Part shown: one piece after another, positions 9,573 through 19,403 of the stretch | Layout: each line of letters begins with the position of its first letter | Numbering within the stretch: the stretch's first letter is position 1 | From: an uncultured Chloroflexia bacterium | Lineage (GTDB): Bacteria > Chloroflexota > Limnocylindria > Limnocylindrales > CSP1-4 | Direction: 5' to 3' | NCBI GenBank assembly: GCA_963746845.1 | Contig: CAVVCZ010000005.1 | Location: 160,001-224,000, forward strand | Length of the DNA stretch: 64,000 nucleotides | Position numbers and translations under genes: made by a program | The notes under the pieces: generated by a model | Databases searched by the model: none | The model's input: only the letters and a program-made list of their open reading frames with translations | What the model was told of the DNA's origin: nothing

Positions 9573-11117
9573 TCAGGCGCTCCCGATCTCGCGCTTCCGG
9601 CGGGCCACGAAGTCCGCGATGGCCTCGGCCCGGCCGGGCTCCATCGGCGGCGGCTCGAACTCCGCCAGCAGCTGCTTCCAGATCCCGTTGGCCCGGTCGG
9701 TCGCCGTCCGGCGGCCGTCCTCGGCCCACGTCTCGTAGTTCCGCCAGTCCGACAGGATCGGCCGATAGAACGCGGTCTCGAACCGCTCGAGCGTGTGCGC
9801 CGACCCGAAGAAGTGGCCGCCCGGCCCGACCTCGGCGATCGCATCGAGACCGAGCGACGCGTCGTCGACGACGACCGGCTGGAGCACCTCGGACAGCATC
9901 TGGAGGATCTCCACGTCGACGATCAGCTTCTCGTACGACGCCGTCAACCCGCCCTCGAGCCAGCCTGCGCCCTGGTAGAGCAGGTTGACGCCGCCCATCA
10001 CCGCGCCCCAGACGGCCATCTCGGACTCGTACGCCGCCTGGGCGTCGACGACGACCGAGGCGGTCGCGTTCGACGACCGCCACGGCAGCCGATACCGCCG
10101 GGCCATCTGGCCCGACGCGATCGCGCCCTTGACGTACTCGGGCGTCCCGAACGCCGGCGACCCGGTCCGCATGTCGACGTTCGAGGTGAACGCGCCGTAG
10201 ACGACCGGCGCGCCGGGCCGGATGAGCTGGGTGAGGGCGACGCAGAAGAGCGCCTCCGCGTTCTGCTGGGCGATCGCCGCTGCAAGCGTGACGGGCGTCA
10301 TCGCCCCGGCGAGGGTGAACGGTGTCGCGACGACGGCCTGACCCGCCTCGGCCATCGCGATCAGGCCGTCGCTCATGGGGCCGTCGAGCCGCAACGGCGA
10401 GTTCGTGTTGATGATCGTGATCAGGGACGGCTCGCGGACGAGTGCCTCCGGCGAGACGCCGCGGGCAACACCCGCGATCTCCAGCGCGTCCTCCACGACG
10501 GTCGACCCGAACCCGAGGCAGTGCCACGTCTTGTCGAGCGTCGTGGCAAGGCAGGCGTACATGTCGAGGTGGCGCGTCTCGACCGGCAGGTCCGTCGGCT
10601 CCAGCGGGCCGCCCGCCTCCTGGTGGATGACGTTCAAGGCAGAGATCAGGGCCACGTAGTCCTGGAAATCTGCCCAGTTGCCGGGCCGTCGGCCGCGGTC
10701 GAGGTCCGTCACGAACGCCGGCCCGCCGACCGACGAGAACACGAGGTGCCGCCCGCCGAGCACGACGTCGCGGTCCGGGTTGCGGGCATGGAGGGTGAAC
10801 TCGGCAGGCGCGGTCGCGATCGTCTCCTCGACCATGCCCGGGTCCAGCCGGACGCGCCGCGCATCCCGGTCGATGTCCGCGCCCGCCGCCGCCAGCCGGT
10901 CGATCGCCCGAGCGCCGAGGACCTCCACGCCGACCTCGGACAGGATCCGCAGCGACGCCCGGTGGATCTCCTCCACGTGGTCAGCCGACAGCACCTCGAG
11001 GGGCGTGAACGGGTTCGTCAGCGTCCGGAACGGCAGCTGCGGGATCCCGCCGCCCGCGCGTCGCTCGCGCCGCCGGTGCGCGACGGGCTCGACCGACTTG
11101 ACCGGCTCGACGGTCAC
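9573..11117 (-). CDS. mttB: Trimethylamine methyltransferase MttB family protein (non-pyrrolysine, MtgB-like)
   Basis: NTNSPLRLD, TPFTLAGAMTPVT, FTSNVDMRTGSPAFGTPE, AGWLEGGL, VGPGGHFFG; no in-frame TAG. Confidence 0.92.
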   Translation of the reverse strand: MTVEPVKSVEPVAHRRRERRAGGGIPQLPFRTLTNPFTPLEVLSADHVEEIHRASLRILSEVGVEVLGARAIDRLAAAGADIDRDARRVRLDPGMVEETIATAPAEFTLHARNPDRDVVLGGRHLVFSSVGGPAFVTDLDRGRRPGNWADFQDYVALISALNVIHQEAGGPLEPTDLPVETRHLDMYACLATTLDKTWHCLGFGSTVVEDALEIAGVARGVSPEALVREPSLITIINTNSPLRLDGPMSDGLIAMAEAGQAVVATPFTLAGAMTPVTLAAAIAQQNAEALFCVALTQLIRPGAPVVYGAFTSNVDMRTGSPAFGTPEYVKGAIASGQMARRYRLPWRSSNATASVVVDAQAAYESEMAVWGAVMGGVNLLYQGAGWLEGGLTASYEKLIVDVEILQMLSEVLQPVVVDDASLGLDAIAEVGPGGHFFGSAHTLERFETAFYRPILSDWRNYETWAEDGRRTATDRANGIWKQLLAEFEPPPMEPGRAEAIADFVARRKREIGSA

Positions 11118-11863
11118 ACCTCCCACCGGTCCTCGGTCCCGGGCGTCGGGAACATCGGCTTCGTCAGGCGTTGCCCTGCACGGATGCTCCGACCCGCGAT
11201 CGCGAGCTGGCCGAGGACGGCCAGGATGGCGATGAGGACCGCGACCAGCACCGTCGCGACCGCGCCGGTCCCGACGAACCGGACGAGGATCAGCGCGACG
11301 ATCGCGCCCGCGACCAGCCCGTTCAGGGTCACGATCACCGCGGGGGTCGCCGCGATCAGGTGGAGGATCGGATGGAGGTTCGGCGGGACGGCCATCGTGA
11401 TGCTGATCCCGGCCGGATCGTCGTGGGTGCCCATCACGAAGTACGGCTCGAGGTCCGGGGCGATCTCGAGGTACGCGCCGCGGATCCGGTTCATCCCGTA
11501 GATCGTCATCGCGTCGTGGAAGTTCGTCGCGCCCATCCGGATGAAGGTCGCGAACCCGATGAACAGCTCGGCCGGCAGGATCACGAGGGCGAAGACGTAG
11601 AACGCGTCACCGAACCCGGCGATCCCGCCGATCAGCCCGAGGGCGACCAACGCTCCGGACAGGGTCGTCAGGTACATGCCGGCGCGCGTGAAGCTCTCGT
11701 TCCACGCCAGGCTCCGGGAGGCCAGCAGCGACCAGTGCTCGGTGGTGAGGATCTGCAGCCGGATCTGGACCGGTGTCGGACCGTCGGCGCCCGCGACGTC
11801 GATCCGGGCCGACGCCGGCGGCGCCGGCTCGGCGGGCCCGCCGGATGAGCGCTCGAAGGTCAT
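11114..11863 (-). CDS. Conserved hypothetical membrane protein
   Basis: Four TM segments, TEHWSLLASRS and GMNRIRGAY; stop/start overlaps with both neighbours. Confidence 0.75.
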   Translation of the reverse strand: MTFERSSGGPAEPAPPASARIDVAGADGPTPVQIRLQILTTEHWSLLASRSLAWNESFTRAGMYLTTLSGALVALGLIGGIAGFGDAFYVFALVILPAELFIGFATFIRMGATNFHDAMTIYGMNRIRGAYLEIAPDLEPYFVMGTHDDPAGISITMAVPPNLHPILHLIAATPAVIVTLNGLVAGAIVALILVRFVGTGAVATVLVAVLIAILAVLGQLAIAGRSIRAGQRLTKPMFPTPGTEDRWEV

Positions 11864-12912
11864 GCTGCGTCCTCCGCTGCGGCGACCAGCCGCTCTGCCG
11901 CTTCGGCGACCTGGTCGCGGGACACGTCCAGATGGGTGACGGCGCGGATCGTCCGCGCGGTGAAGGCGACGACGAGGACCCCGGCGTCGTGCGCCCGGGC
12001 GACGAGCGTCGGCGCGTCAGGGGCGCCGTCGGCCGTCCGGAAGAGCACGATGTTCGACTGGACGGCACCCGGGTCGAGGTCGATCCCGGGCGATGCCGCC
12101 AGGCGATCCGCGAGGAGCCGGGCGTTCGCGTGGTCCTCGACCAGCCGGTCGAGATGGTGGTCCAGCGCGTAGTCGGCGGCGGCGGCGAAGATCCCCGCCT
12201 GGCGCATCGCCCCGCCCGCCATCCGGCGGTAGCGGACGGTGGCGTCGATCACGGTCCGCGACCCGGCGAGCATCGAGCCGCCCGGCGCGCCGAGGCCCTT
12301 GGAGAACGCCACACTGACGATGTCGAACGGCCGGGCGAGCGCCGCGATGTCCACGCCCAGCGCGGCGGCGGCGTTCCAGAGACGTGCTCCGTCGAGGAAG
12401 AGGGCGATGTCGTGCGCCCGGGCCACGTCCACGACGGCCCACTGCTCCGCGACAGACCAGACCACCCCACCCGCCCGGTTGTGCGTGTTCTCGACGTCGA
12501 CGACCGTCGTCGGCGGCTGGAGCATGTGCCCGCGCGGCTTGCCCGCCGAGAGCACGTCGTCCGCGGTGAAGCGCCCGCGGCCGGCGCCGATCTCGGTCAG
12601 CTGCACGCCGCTCGTCGCCGCCGCTCCGCCGGTCTCGTGCCAGAGGACGTGCGCCTCGCGTGGCACGAGGACCTCGTCGCCCGGCCGCGTCAGCGTGCGG
12701 ATCGCGACCTGGTTGGCCATCGTCCCGGTCGGGAACCAGAGCGCGGCCTCGTGGCCGAGCATCGCCGCGACCCGCTCCTGGAGCCGGTTGATCGACGGGT
12801 CCTCGCCGAACTGGTCGTCGCCGACCTCGGCGCGGGCCATCGCCTCGCGCATCCCCGGCGTGGGCCGGGTGACGGTATCGGAGCGCAGGTCGATGAACGG
12901 CTCGGCGGTCAC
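11860..12912 (-). CDS. ltaE: Low-specificity L-threonine aldolase
   Basis: [41 protein letters not shown] (PLP lysine). Confidence 0.93.
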   Translation of the reverse strand: MTAEPFIDLRSDTVTRPTPGMREAMARAEVGDDQFGEDPSINRLQERVAAMLGHEAALWFPTGTMANQVAIRTLTRPGDEVLVPREAHVLWHETGGAAATSGVQLTEIGAGRGRFTADDVLSAGKPRGHMLQPPTTVVDVENTHNRAGGVVWSVAEQWAVVDVARAHDIALFLDGARLWNAAAALGVDIAALARPFDIVSVAFSKGLGAPGGSMLAGSRTVIDATVRYRRMAGGAMRQAGIFAAAADYALDHHLDRLVEDHANARLLADRLAASPGIDLDPGAVQSNIVLFRTADGAPDAPTLVARAHDAGVLVVAFTARTIRAVTHLDVSRDQVAEAAERLVAAAEDAA

Positions 12913-12956
12913 GGCCGAAGCGTACGACGCCGGAGGGTTGGCGTAGGCTCTGTCCG

Positions 12957-14969
12957 ATGTCCCTCTACCACCCGATCTTCGGTCGCGACGTGCCCGATGC
13001 GGCCTGGCGCCCGACGCCCGAGCTGCTCCGCGATTCGCGGCTGGCCGGGTTCCTCCGGGCCACCGGCGAGCCGGATCTCGAGGCGCTCCAGGCGCGCGCG
13101 GTCGCCGACCCAGGCTGGTTCTGGGGCGCGGCGGCCGACGACCTGGGGGTCGCCTGGGCGCGACGCCCGGCGCAGGTCATGGACGGCGGCGGCGGACCCG
13201 AGTGGACGCGTTGGTGGCGGGGCGGAGCGTTCAACCACGCCGAGGCGTCGACCGCGCCACGCGCCGCTCGCGACCCGTCCGGCGAGGCCGTCGCCTGGGA
13301 GGGCGAGGATGGGGAGTTCCGGCGGCTGACGAACGCGGCGCTGCTCGACCACGTCACGGTTGCGGCGCGGATGTTCCGGATGGCGGGCGTCCGTCCCGGG
13401 GATCGCGTCGGGATCTTCCTGCCGATGCTCGTCGAGACGGTCATCGCGACGCTGGCCCTCGGCCGGATCGGCGCGATCTTCACGCCGATCTTCTCCGGCT
13501 ACGGCGCCCCGGCCGTCGCGGCCCGCCTGCGGGATTGCGAGGCGACCGTCCTCGTGACCGCGGACGGCTTCTTCCGGCGCGGCGCGATCGTGCCGATGAA
13601 GACCGTCGCCGACGAGGCAGTGGCTCTCGCGCCGTCGGTCGGCCGGGTGATCGTCGTGCGTCGGCTCGGGGTCCGGGCACCGGCGCCACCGTGGAACCCC
13701 GGCCGCGACCGCTGGTGGGACGAGTCGGCGGACGCGGCGCGCGCGGCCATGCGCGAGGAGGGCGAGCCGGACATCGCCGCGGTCGCGGACCCCGAGACGC
13801 CGTACATGCTGATCTACACCTCGGGCACGACCGGGAAGCCGAAGGGCGCCGTCCACGTCCACGGCGGATTCCCGATCAAAGCTGCCCAGGACCTCGCCCA
13901 CACGTTCGACCTGCGCGCCGGCGACGCCCTGTTCTGGTTCACGGATCTCGGCTGGATGATGGGGCCCTGGGCGATCTCCGGATCGCTCCTGCTCGGGGCC
14001 CGTCTCGTCCTCTACGAGGGCGCGCCGGACCATCCGGGGCCCGATCGGCTGTGGGATCTCGTGGCGCGTCACCGGGTGACCCACCTCGGTCTCAGCCCGA
14101 CGGTCGTCCGGGCGTTGATCCCGCACGGCGTGGAGCCGGTCCGCGCCCACGACCTGCGATGGCTCCGGGTGCTCGGTTCGACCGGCGAGCCGTGGGATCC
14201 GGACAGCTGGTGGTGGTACTTCCGCGAGGTCGGTGGCGGGCGCTGCCCCGTCGTGAACTACTCCGGCGGGACGGAGGTCGCCGGGGGCATCGTCGGCTGC
14301 AACCTCCTGACGCCGATCAAGCCGGCCTCGTTCAACGGACCGTGCCCGGGCACCGCGGCCGACGTGGTCGACCCCGACGGGCGATCCCTTCGCGGCGCTG
14401 TCGGGGAGCTCGTCATCCGGGCGCCGGAGCCGGGGATGACTCGCGGCTTCTGGCGCGACCCGGATCGCTACGTCGAGACGTACTGGAGCCGGTTCCCCGG
14501 CACGTGGGTCCACGGCGACTGGGCGATCGTCGACGACGATGGCTACTGGTACATCCGGGGCCGGTCAGACGACACGCTGAAGGTTGCGGGCAAGCGCGTC
14601 GGGCCGGCGGAGGTCGAGGCCGCGGCCACGGCCCACCCGGCGGTCGTCGAGGCCGCGGCGATCGGCGTCCCGCACAAGATCAAGGGCGAGACGATCGTCG
14701 TCGTCTGCACGATCCGGCGCGGCGAGACGGACGACGACGAGCTCCGGGCGGCGATCGCCCGGCGGGTCGTCGAGGACCTCGGCAAGACGCTCAAGCCGGA
14801 GGCGGTCGCCGTGGTGCCCGCGCTCCCGAAGACGCGGTCGGGCAAGATCATGCGACGCGTGGTCCGGGCCGCCTGGCTCGGCCTGGATCCCGGCGACCTC
14901 TCGGCGCTGGATGATCCGACGACGATCGACGCGATCCGCCGGGCCGGCCCGATCGGCGTCGGCGGCTGA
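12957..14969 (+). CDS. AMP-forming acyl-CoA synthetase (acetyl-CoA synthetase-like)
   Basis: YTSGTTGKPKG, DLGWMMGP, SGGTE, GRSDDTLKVAGKR, LPKTRSGKIMRR. Confidence 0.92.
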   Translation: MSLYHPIFGRDVPDAAWRPTPELLRDSRLAGFLRATGEPDLEALQARAVADPGWFWGAAADDLGVAWARRPAQVMDGGGGPEWTRWWRGGAFNHAEASTAPRAARDPSGEAVAWEGEDGEFRRLTNAALLDHVTVAARMFRMAGVRPGDRVGIFLPMLVETVIATLALGRIGAIFTPIFSGYGAPAVAARLRDCEATVLVTADGFFRRGAIVPMKTVADEAVALAPSVGRVIVVRRLGVRAPAPPWNPGRDRWWDESADAARAAMREEGEPDIAAVADPETPYMLIYTSGTTGKPKGAVHVHGGFPIKAAQDLAHTFDLRAGDALFWFTDLGWMMGPWAISGSLLLGARLVLYEGAPDHPGPDRLWDLVARHRVTHLGLSPTVVRALIPHGVEPVRAHDLRWLRVLGSTGEPWDPDSWWWYFREVGGGRCPVVNYSGGTEVAGGIVGCNLLTPIKPASFNGPCPGTAADVVDPDGRSLRGAVGELVIRAPEPGMTRGFWRDPDRYVETYWSRFPGTWVHGDWAIVDDDGYWYIRGRSDDTLKVAGKRVGPAEVEAAATAHPAVVEAAAIGVPHKIKGETIVVVCTIRRGETDDDELRAAIARRVVEDLGKTLKPEAVAVVPALPKTRSGKIMRRVVRAAWLGLDPGDLSALDDPTTIDAIRRAGPIGVGG

Positions 14970-15000
14970 CGGGGCACGAGCGAGGAGGACGGATCGACCG

Positions 15001-15465
15001 ATGAGCGTTGCGATCGACAAGGACATCGTCACGTGGGACGCCCTCGCCGACATGGTCGCCGACCTCGCGGCGCGCGTCCCCAAGGACTACGACGTCATGC
15101 TCGCGATCACCCGGGGCGGGCTCGTCCCCGCCGGCATGCTCGCGTACCGGCTGGGGATCCGGAACATCCTCGTGGCCGCCGTCGAGTACTACGACGACGA
15201 GGGCCACCCGGGCCCGAAGCCGACGTTCCTCCAGTTCCCGGCCGATCCCCTCCTCCGCGGCCAGCGGGTCCTGATCGTCGACGAGGTCTGGGACAGCGGG
15301 ACGACGATCCATGCGGTCACCGAGCGGGTGCGTCAGGCCGGCGGCCTGCCGACCACGGCCGTGCTCCACTACAAGCCGACCCACTCCCAGGTCCCGGGCG
15401 CCCCGGACTTCCACGTCGTGACGACCGATCGCTGGGTCGTCTACCCGTTCAAGGCAGGCAACTGA
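15001..15465 (+). CDS. Type I phosphoribosyltransferase (xanthine/hypoxanthine PRT-like)
   Basis: ITRGG, VLIVDEVWDSGTT PRPP loop, WVVYPF; GAGGAGG RBS. Confidence 0.9.
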   Translation: MSVAIDKDIVTWDALADMVADLAARVPKDYDVMLAITRGGLVPAGMLAYRLGIRNILVAAVEYYDDEGHPGPKPTFLQFPADPLLRGQRVLIVDEVWDSGTTIHAVTERVRQAGGLPTTAVLHYKPTHSQVPGAPDFHVVTTDRWVVYPFKAGN

Positions 15466-15508
15466 CGGGCACCTGACGGGGCGGAATCTGACCTCGACCC
15501 CAGCTTGT

Positions 15509-15539
15509 CGATGAGAAACCCTGCGGATCGTCGTCTGGA
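15509..15539 (+). promoter_or_regulatory. Candidate ECF56/SigG-type promoter
   Basis: CGATGA-N18-GTCTGGA, matching the CGATGA(N18)GTC consensus I recall for mycobacterial SigG, about 30 nt before the BNR gene. Confidence 0.45.
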
Positions 15540-15571
15540 AGGTGGACACTTCAGGAGCGCTGGAGGGACTC

Positions 15572-16648
15572 ATGACCCGAACGATGATCCTCGTCGGCAC
15601 CCGCAAGGGCGCCTTCATCCTCGACGGCGGGCGCGACCGCGCCGGCTGGTCCGTCGCCGGGCCGCTGTGCGAGGGCTGGCCGATCCACGACCTGCAGTGG
15701 GACCCCGCGACCGGCTCGATCTACGCCGGCGGCGGCTCCGAGTGGTATGGGCCCGCGGTCTTCCGATCCGATGACCTGGGGGCGACCTGGACCCATTCGT
15801 CCGAGGGGATGACGTACGGCGATGACGGCCCGTCCATCCCGACGGTCTGGAACGTCACGCCTGCCCACGGCTCGATCTTCGCGGGCGTCGAGCCCGCGGG
15901 CCTGTTCCGGAGCGATGACGGCGGCGCGACCTGGTCGCACGTGTCGGCCCTGCGCGACCATCCGAGCCGCGAGAAGCCGGGCTGGTCGCCCGGCGCGGGT
16001 GGCCTGATCTGCCACACGATCGTTCCGCACCCGACGGACGCCGCGAGGATGTGGATCGCGATCAGCGCCGTCGGGACGTTCGCCACCGAGGACGGCGGGG
16101 CGAGCTGGGAGGCTCGCAACCACGGCGTCGTGGCGTGCTTCCAGCCGGACCCCCATCCGGAGACCGGGCAGTGCGTCCACAAGCTGGTGATGGCGTCCGG
16201 CGAGCCGGACAGCCTCTACCAGCAGAACCACTGCGGCGTCTATCGGTCGGGCGACGCCGGGCGGTCGTGGACGGACATCAGCCGCGGACTGTCGTCGGAG
16301 TTCGGGTTCGTCATGGGCACCCATCCGCGCGATGCCGCGACCGCCTGGGTGATCCCGCTGAGCCATCCGGAGGAGGGTCGGTTCGCGCCGGGCGGTGCGC
16401 TCGCGGTGTGGCGGACGCAGGACCGCGGCGACAGCTGGGAGCGCCAGTCGGCCGGCCTGCCCCAGGACAACGCCTACGTCGCCGTCCTGCGCGAGGCGCT
16501 CTCGGTGGACCGCGGCGACCCCGCGGGGATCTACTTCGGAACGAGCACCGGCCAGCTCTACGCCTCGGTCGACGAGGGTGGCTCGTGGCGACGGATCGCC
16601 GACAACCTGCCGGCGATCTGGGGCGTCCAGGCGATCGAGGTCGACTGA
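15572..16648 (+). CDS. BNR/Asp-box repeat beta-propeller protein (cytoplasmic)
   Basis: Repeated SDDxGxTW / SxDxGxSW Asp boxes, LVGTRKG N-terminus, QCVHK and QQNHCG motifs; no signal peptide. Confidence 0.88.
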   Translation: MTRTMILVGTRKGAFILDGGRDRAGWSVAGPLCEGWPIHDLQWDPATGSIYAGGGSEWYGPAVFRSDDLGATWTHSSEGMTYGDDGPSIPTVWNVTPAHGSIFAGVEPAGLFRSDDGGATWSHVSALRDHPSREKPGWSPGAGGLICHTIVPHPTDAARMWIAISAVGTFATEDGGASWEARNHGVVACFQPDPHPETGQCVHKLVMASGEPDSLYQQNHCGVYRSGDAGRSWTDISRGLSSEFGFVMGTHPRDAATAWVIPLSHPEEGRFAPGGALAVWRTQDRGDSWERQSAGLPQDNAYVAVLREALSVDRGDPAGIYFGTSTGQLYASVDEGGSWRRIADNLPAIWGVQAIEVD

Positions 16649-16657
16649 GGGCGGGCC

Positions 16658-16924
16658 GTGGCCGTGACCGTGATCCTGCCGCGCTCGCTCGTCTCGCTGA
16701 TCCCGGGCACCCGCCGCTCCACGGAGATCGAGGCGCGGAACGTGGCCGAGGCGATCGACCGGCTCGACGAGCTGACGCCGGGTCTCCGCAACCGCCTCGT
16801 CGACAGCGGGCCGACGATCCGCCGGCACATCAACGTCTTCGTCGACGGCGAGATGGCCGCGCTCGACACGGCCGTCCCCCCGAACGCGACGATCCACGTG
16901 ATCCCGGCTGTCTCCGGCGGCTGA
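16658..16924 (+). CDS. MoaD/ThiS ubiquitin-like sulfur carrier
   Basis: HINVFVDG and C-terminal IPAVSGG. Confidence 0.9.
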   Translation: MAVTVILPRSLVSLIPGTRRSTEIEARNVAEAIDRLDELTPGLRNRLVDSGPTIRRHINVFVDGEMAALDTAVPPNATIHVIPAVSGG

Positions 16925-16963
16925 CGGCCACCGGCGCGACGGACGCGCCCGACGTGTCGGGCG

Positions 16964-18541
16964 TCAGCCGGCCCGGCTGAGCTCCCGCGCCAGCGGGTCG
17001 AACGGGTCCGAGCGCTCGGCGACCGCGTCCGCGCCGATCCGGGCGTTCGCGCCGTGCGACGGCGTGTCGCCGACGACCACGCGCCAGCCCTCGTCCGCGA
17101 GCCGCTCCAGCGTTCGGAGTGCCGCCTCGGCGGTGGCGCGGGCGTGGGCGAGGGCCGCGCCGGTCAGCACGCCGGGCTCGAAGGCGGATCCGAGCTCGCC
17201 CGCGACCAGCGCCGCGACCCGCGCCGCGCGGATCGTCCGGCGGTCGGGCCGGTGGCGGACGACCGCGGCGGTGGGACCGCCCGGCTGGATCGCCGACACG
17301 AGGGCGGGCCACAGCTCCCCTGCTCCCGGGTCGATCGCTCGCGGCTCGTCGAACACGAGCTCGTGCTCGGGCAGCAAGGCGCGGCGCAGGCTCACCTCGC
17401 CGGCGGCGCGGGTGACCGGGTCGCTCTCCTCGACGAGCCACGGGGTCAGGCCACCGATCAGGATCTGGTCGTTCGACAGGCCGTTTCCGCGGGCGACCAC
17501 GACCCCGACGAGCTGGAGCGCCAACGCGCGACCGGCGCGCACCGCGGGCTCGGACGGAACGCCGCGTGCGAGGTCCGGTCCCACGACGAGCGGCCCGGCG
17601 CCGATGACGACCTCCACGCCGCCCCGGGCGAGGAGGGCCTGGCCGAACGCATGGTCCGCGAGGGCACGGTCGGGCGCAACATGGCCGTCGACGATCTCGC
17701 CGAGTGGGTCCGATCGGGCGACGTCGATCCGCTCGAAGCCCGCGACGATCGCGCCCTCGGGCGCCCCGAGCGGGGCCGTGACCATCCCGAGGCGGACGTA
17801 GCCGCGTCGCTGGGCGGCGGCCTCGTCGAGCGCGCGACGCAGCCCACCCAGCGCACGCTGGCTCCCGGACGGGGCCTGCTCCACGGTGTCCGCGCCGGTC
17901 GTCGAGCCCGCCCGCGGCTGCCACACGGGGGCTTCGATGCCGGCCCGCTTCAGGCGGTCGCTCAGCTCGCGCCCGATGGGCACCTCGACCTCGAGCAGGT
18001 CGGCGCCGGCGTCGACCGCGGCCCGCGCCTCGTCGAGGGCACCGGCCAGGTCCGGCTCGCCGATCGCGGCCCCGACCCACGGCCGGCGCGGCTCCCCGAA
18101 GACGTCGATCAGCTCGGAGCGAGCCGTCCGGTTCGCGTCGATCCGCTCGATCGCCGCGGCGACCAGTCGACGGGCCTCCTCCTCGGCGATGGCCCGTCGG
18201 TCGGGCTCGCGCAGGAGGGCCGCCTCCATGCCGAGGTCGACGGCACCGGACGCGATGTCGAGGGCCAGCCGCTGCGGGTCGACGTCGTACTCCGCCAGGG
18301 CCATCGCGAACGGCAGGACGATCCCCCCGCCGAGCCGGTCGCGGCCACCGTCGAGGTAGCGATCGACGACCGCCCACGCCAGCGGCCGGCCGGCAGTGTC
18401 GAGCCCGCTGATCCCGAACATCCGGAGCATCGCCCGCTCGCGACCGACGGTCGTCGATCCACGGGCCCGGCCCGCCCACGCCCCGGCCAGCGTCTCGGCG
18501 CGCTCCGTCAGGCGGTCGAGGGGTCCGAGGTCCGCGGCCAT
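16964..18541 (-). CDS. Divergent lysine 5,6-aminomutase alpha subunit (KamD)-like TIM-barrel protein
   Basis: TTVGRERAMLRMFGISGLD, IDANRTAR, AAVDAGAD, LRRALDE..GYVRL, FERID are colinear with KamD as recalled; CATCCT-N6-ATG start. Confidence 0.7.
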   Translation of the reverse strand: MAADLGPLDRLTERAETLAGAWAGRARGSTTVGRERAMLRMFGISGLDTAGRPLAWAVVDRYLDGGRDRLGGGIVLPFAMALAEYDVDPQRLALDIASGAVDLGMEAALLREPDRRAIAEEEARRLVAAAIERIDANRTARSELIDVFGEPRRPWVGAAIGEPDLAGALDEARAAVDAGADLLEVEVPIGRELSDRLKRAGIEAPVWQPRAGSTTGADTVEQAPSGSQRALGGLRRALDEAAAQRRGYVRLGMVTAPLGAPEGAIVAGFERIDVARSDPLGEIVDGHVAPDRALADHAFGQALLARGGVEVVIGAGPLVVGPDLARGVPSEPAVRAGRALALQLVGVVVARGNGLSNDQILIGGLTPWLVEESDPVTRAAGEVSLRRALLPEHELVFDEPRAIDPGAGELWPALVSAIQPGGPTAAVVRHRPDRRTIRAARVAALVAGELGSAFEPGVLTGAALAHARATAEAALRTLERLADEGWRVVVGDTPSHGANARIGADAVAERSDPFDPLARELSRAG

Positions 18542-18599
18542 GGCCGAAGGATGCCTCAGCCGGGACGCCGCTGCGCGTCGGTTTCCGGGTGAGATGGCG

Positions 18600-19403
18600 T
18601 CAGCCGCCGTCGGCGACCGGTTCGGTCGCCCGTTCGCGCGCCGGCTCGCCGATCCAGACATGACCGTCGTCGAACCGCTCGGCCTTCCAGATCGGTGCGC
18701 GCGCCTTCGTCTCGTCGATCGCGTAGCGAACCGCGCGGAACGCGGCGTCCCGATGGGGCGCCACGGCGACGATCGCGATGCTCGCCTCGCCGAGGGCCAC
18801 CTCCCCGGTCCGGTGGACGATCGCCAGCCGGGTCACGTCGAACCGGTCGGCGATCTCGTCGGCGATCGTCGCGAGGACGCGCAGCGCCATCGACTCGTGG
18901 GCCTCGTAGCCGAGCGACTCGACGGACCGGCCGGTGTGCCGGGCCGCCTCGGCCTCCTGGCCCGGTGCCGGCGTCCCCGGCGAGATCCGGGTCCGGCCGA
19001 CGAACCCGACGACCGCGCCGTCCTCCGGCGTCGCGAGGCGGTCCTCGAGGTCGGCGAGGATCGTCCGGGCGAGTGGGGCCTCGACGATCTCGAGGATCCG
19101 TGTCTCCGTCGCGCCGCCGCTCACCGGCGGGATGAACGCCACCTCGTCGCCGTCGGCCAGCACGGTGGAGGCATCGGCGTAGTCGCCGTTCCGGGCGAAC
19201 CGGACGGACGGCCGGCCGGGGGCGAGGCTCGGGTGGGCCGCGGCGACCGCCGCCCAGGCATCGTCGATCGTCGCACCGGCGGGCACGTCGAGCGCCACCT
19301 CGCGGGTGCCGGCGAGCTCCCGCTGGATGGCGAACAGCCGAACCCGGACGCGGATCGTCGGGCGGGCCCGGGCCGGGGATTCGGGCGACGTCGCCTCAGC
19401 CAC
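18600..19403 (-). CDS. moaDE: Fused molybdopterin synthase MoaD-MoaE
   Basis: RLFA...DGDEVAFIPPVSGG, then GAVVGFVG, YEAH, HRTGEV, PHRDAAF, KARAPIWKAE. Confidence 0.92.
   Translation of the reverse strand: MAEATSPESPARARPTIRVRVRLFAIQRELAGTREVALDVPAGATIDDAWAAVAAAHPSLAPGRPSVRFARNGDYADASTVLADGDEVAFIPPVSGGATETRILEIVEAPLARTILADLEDRLATPEDGAVVGFVGRTRISPGTPAPGQEAEAARHTGRSVESLGYEAHESMALRVLATIADEIADRFDVTRLAIVHRTGEVALGEASIAIVAVAPHRDAAFRAVRYAIDETKARAPIWKAERFDDGHVWIGEPARERATEPVADGG

Noticed and set aside
3021-11117. Pyrrolysine recoding in the MttB genes
   Set aside because: Both ORFs are uninterrupted and no pyl genes are present
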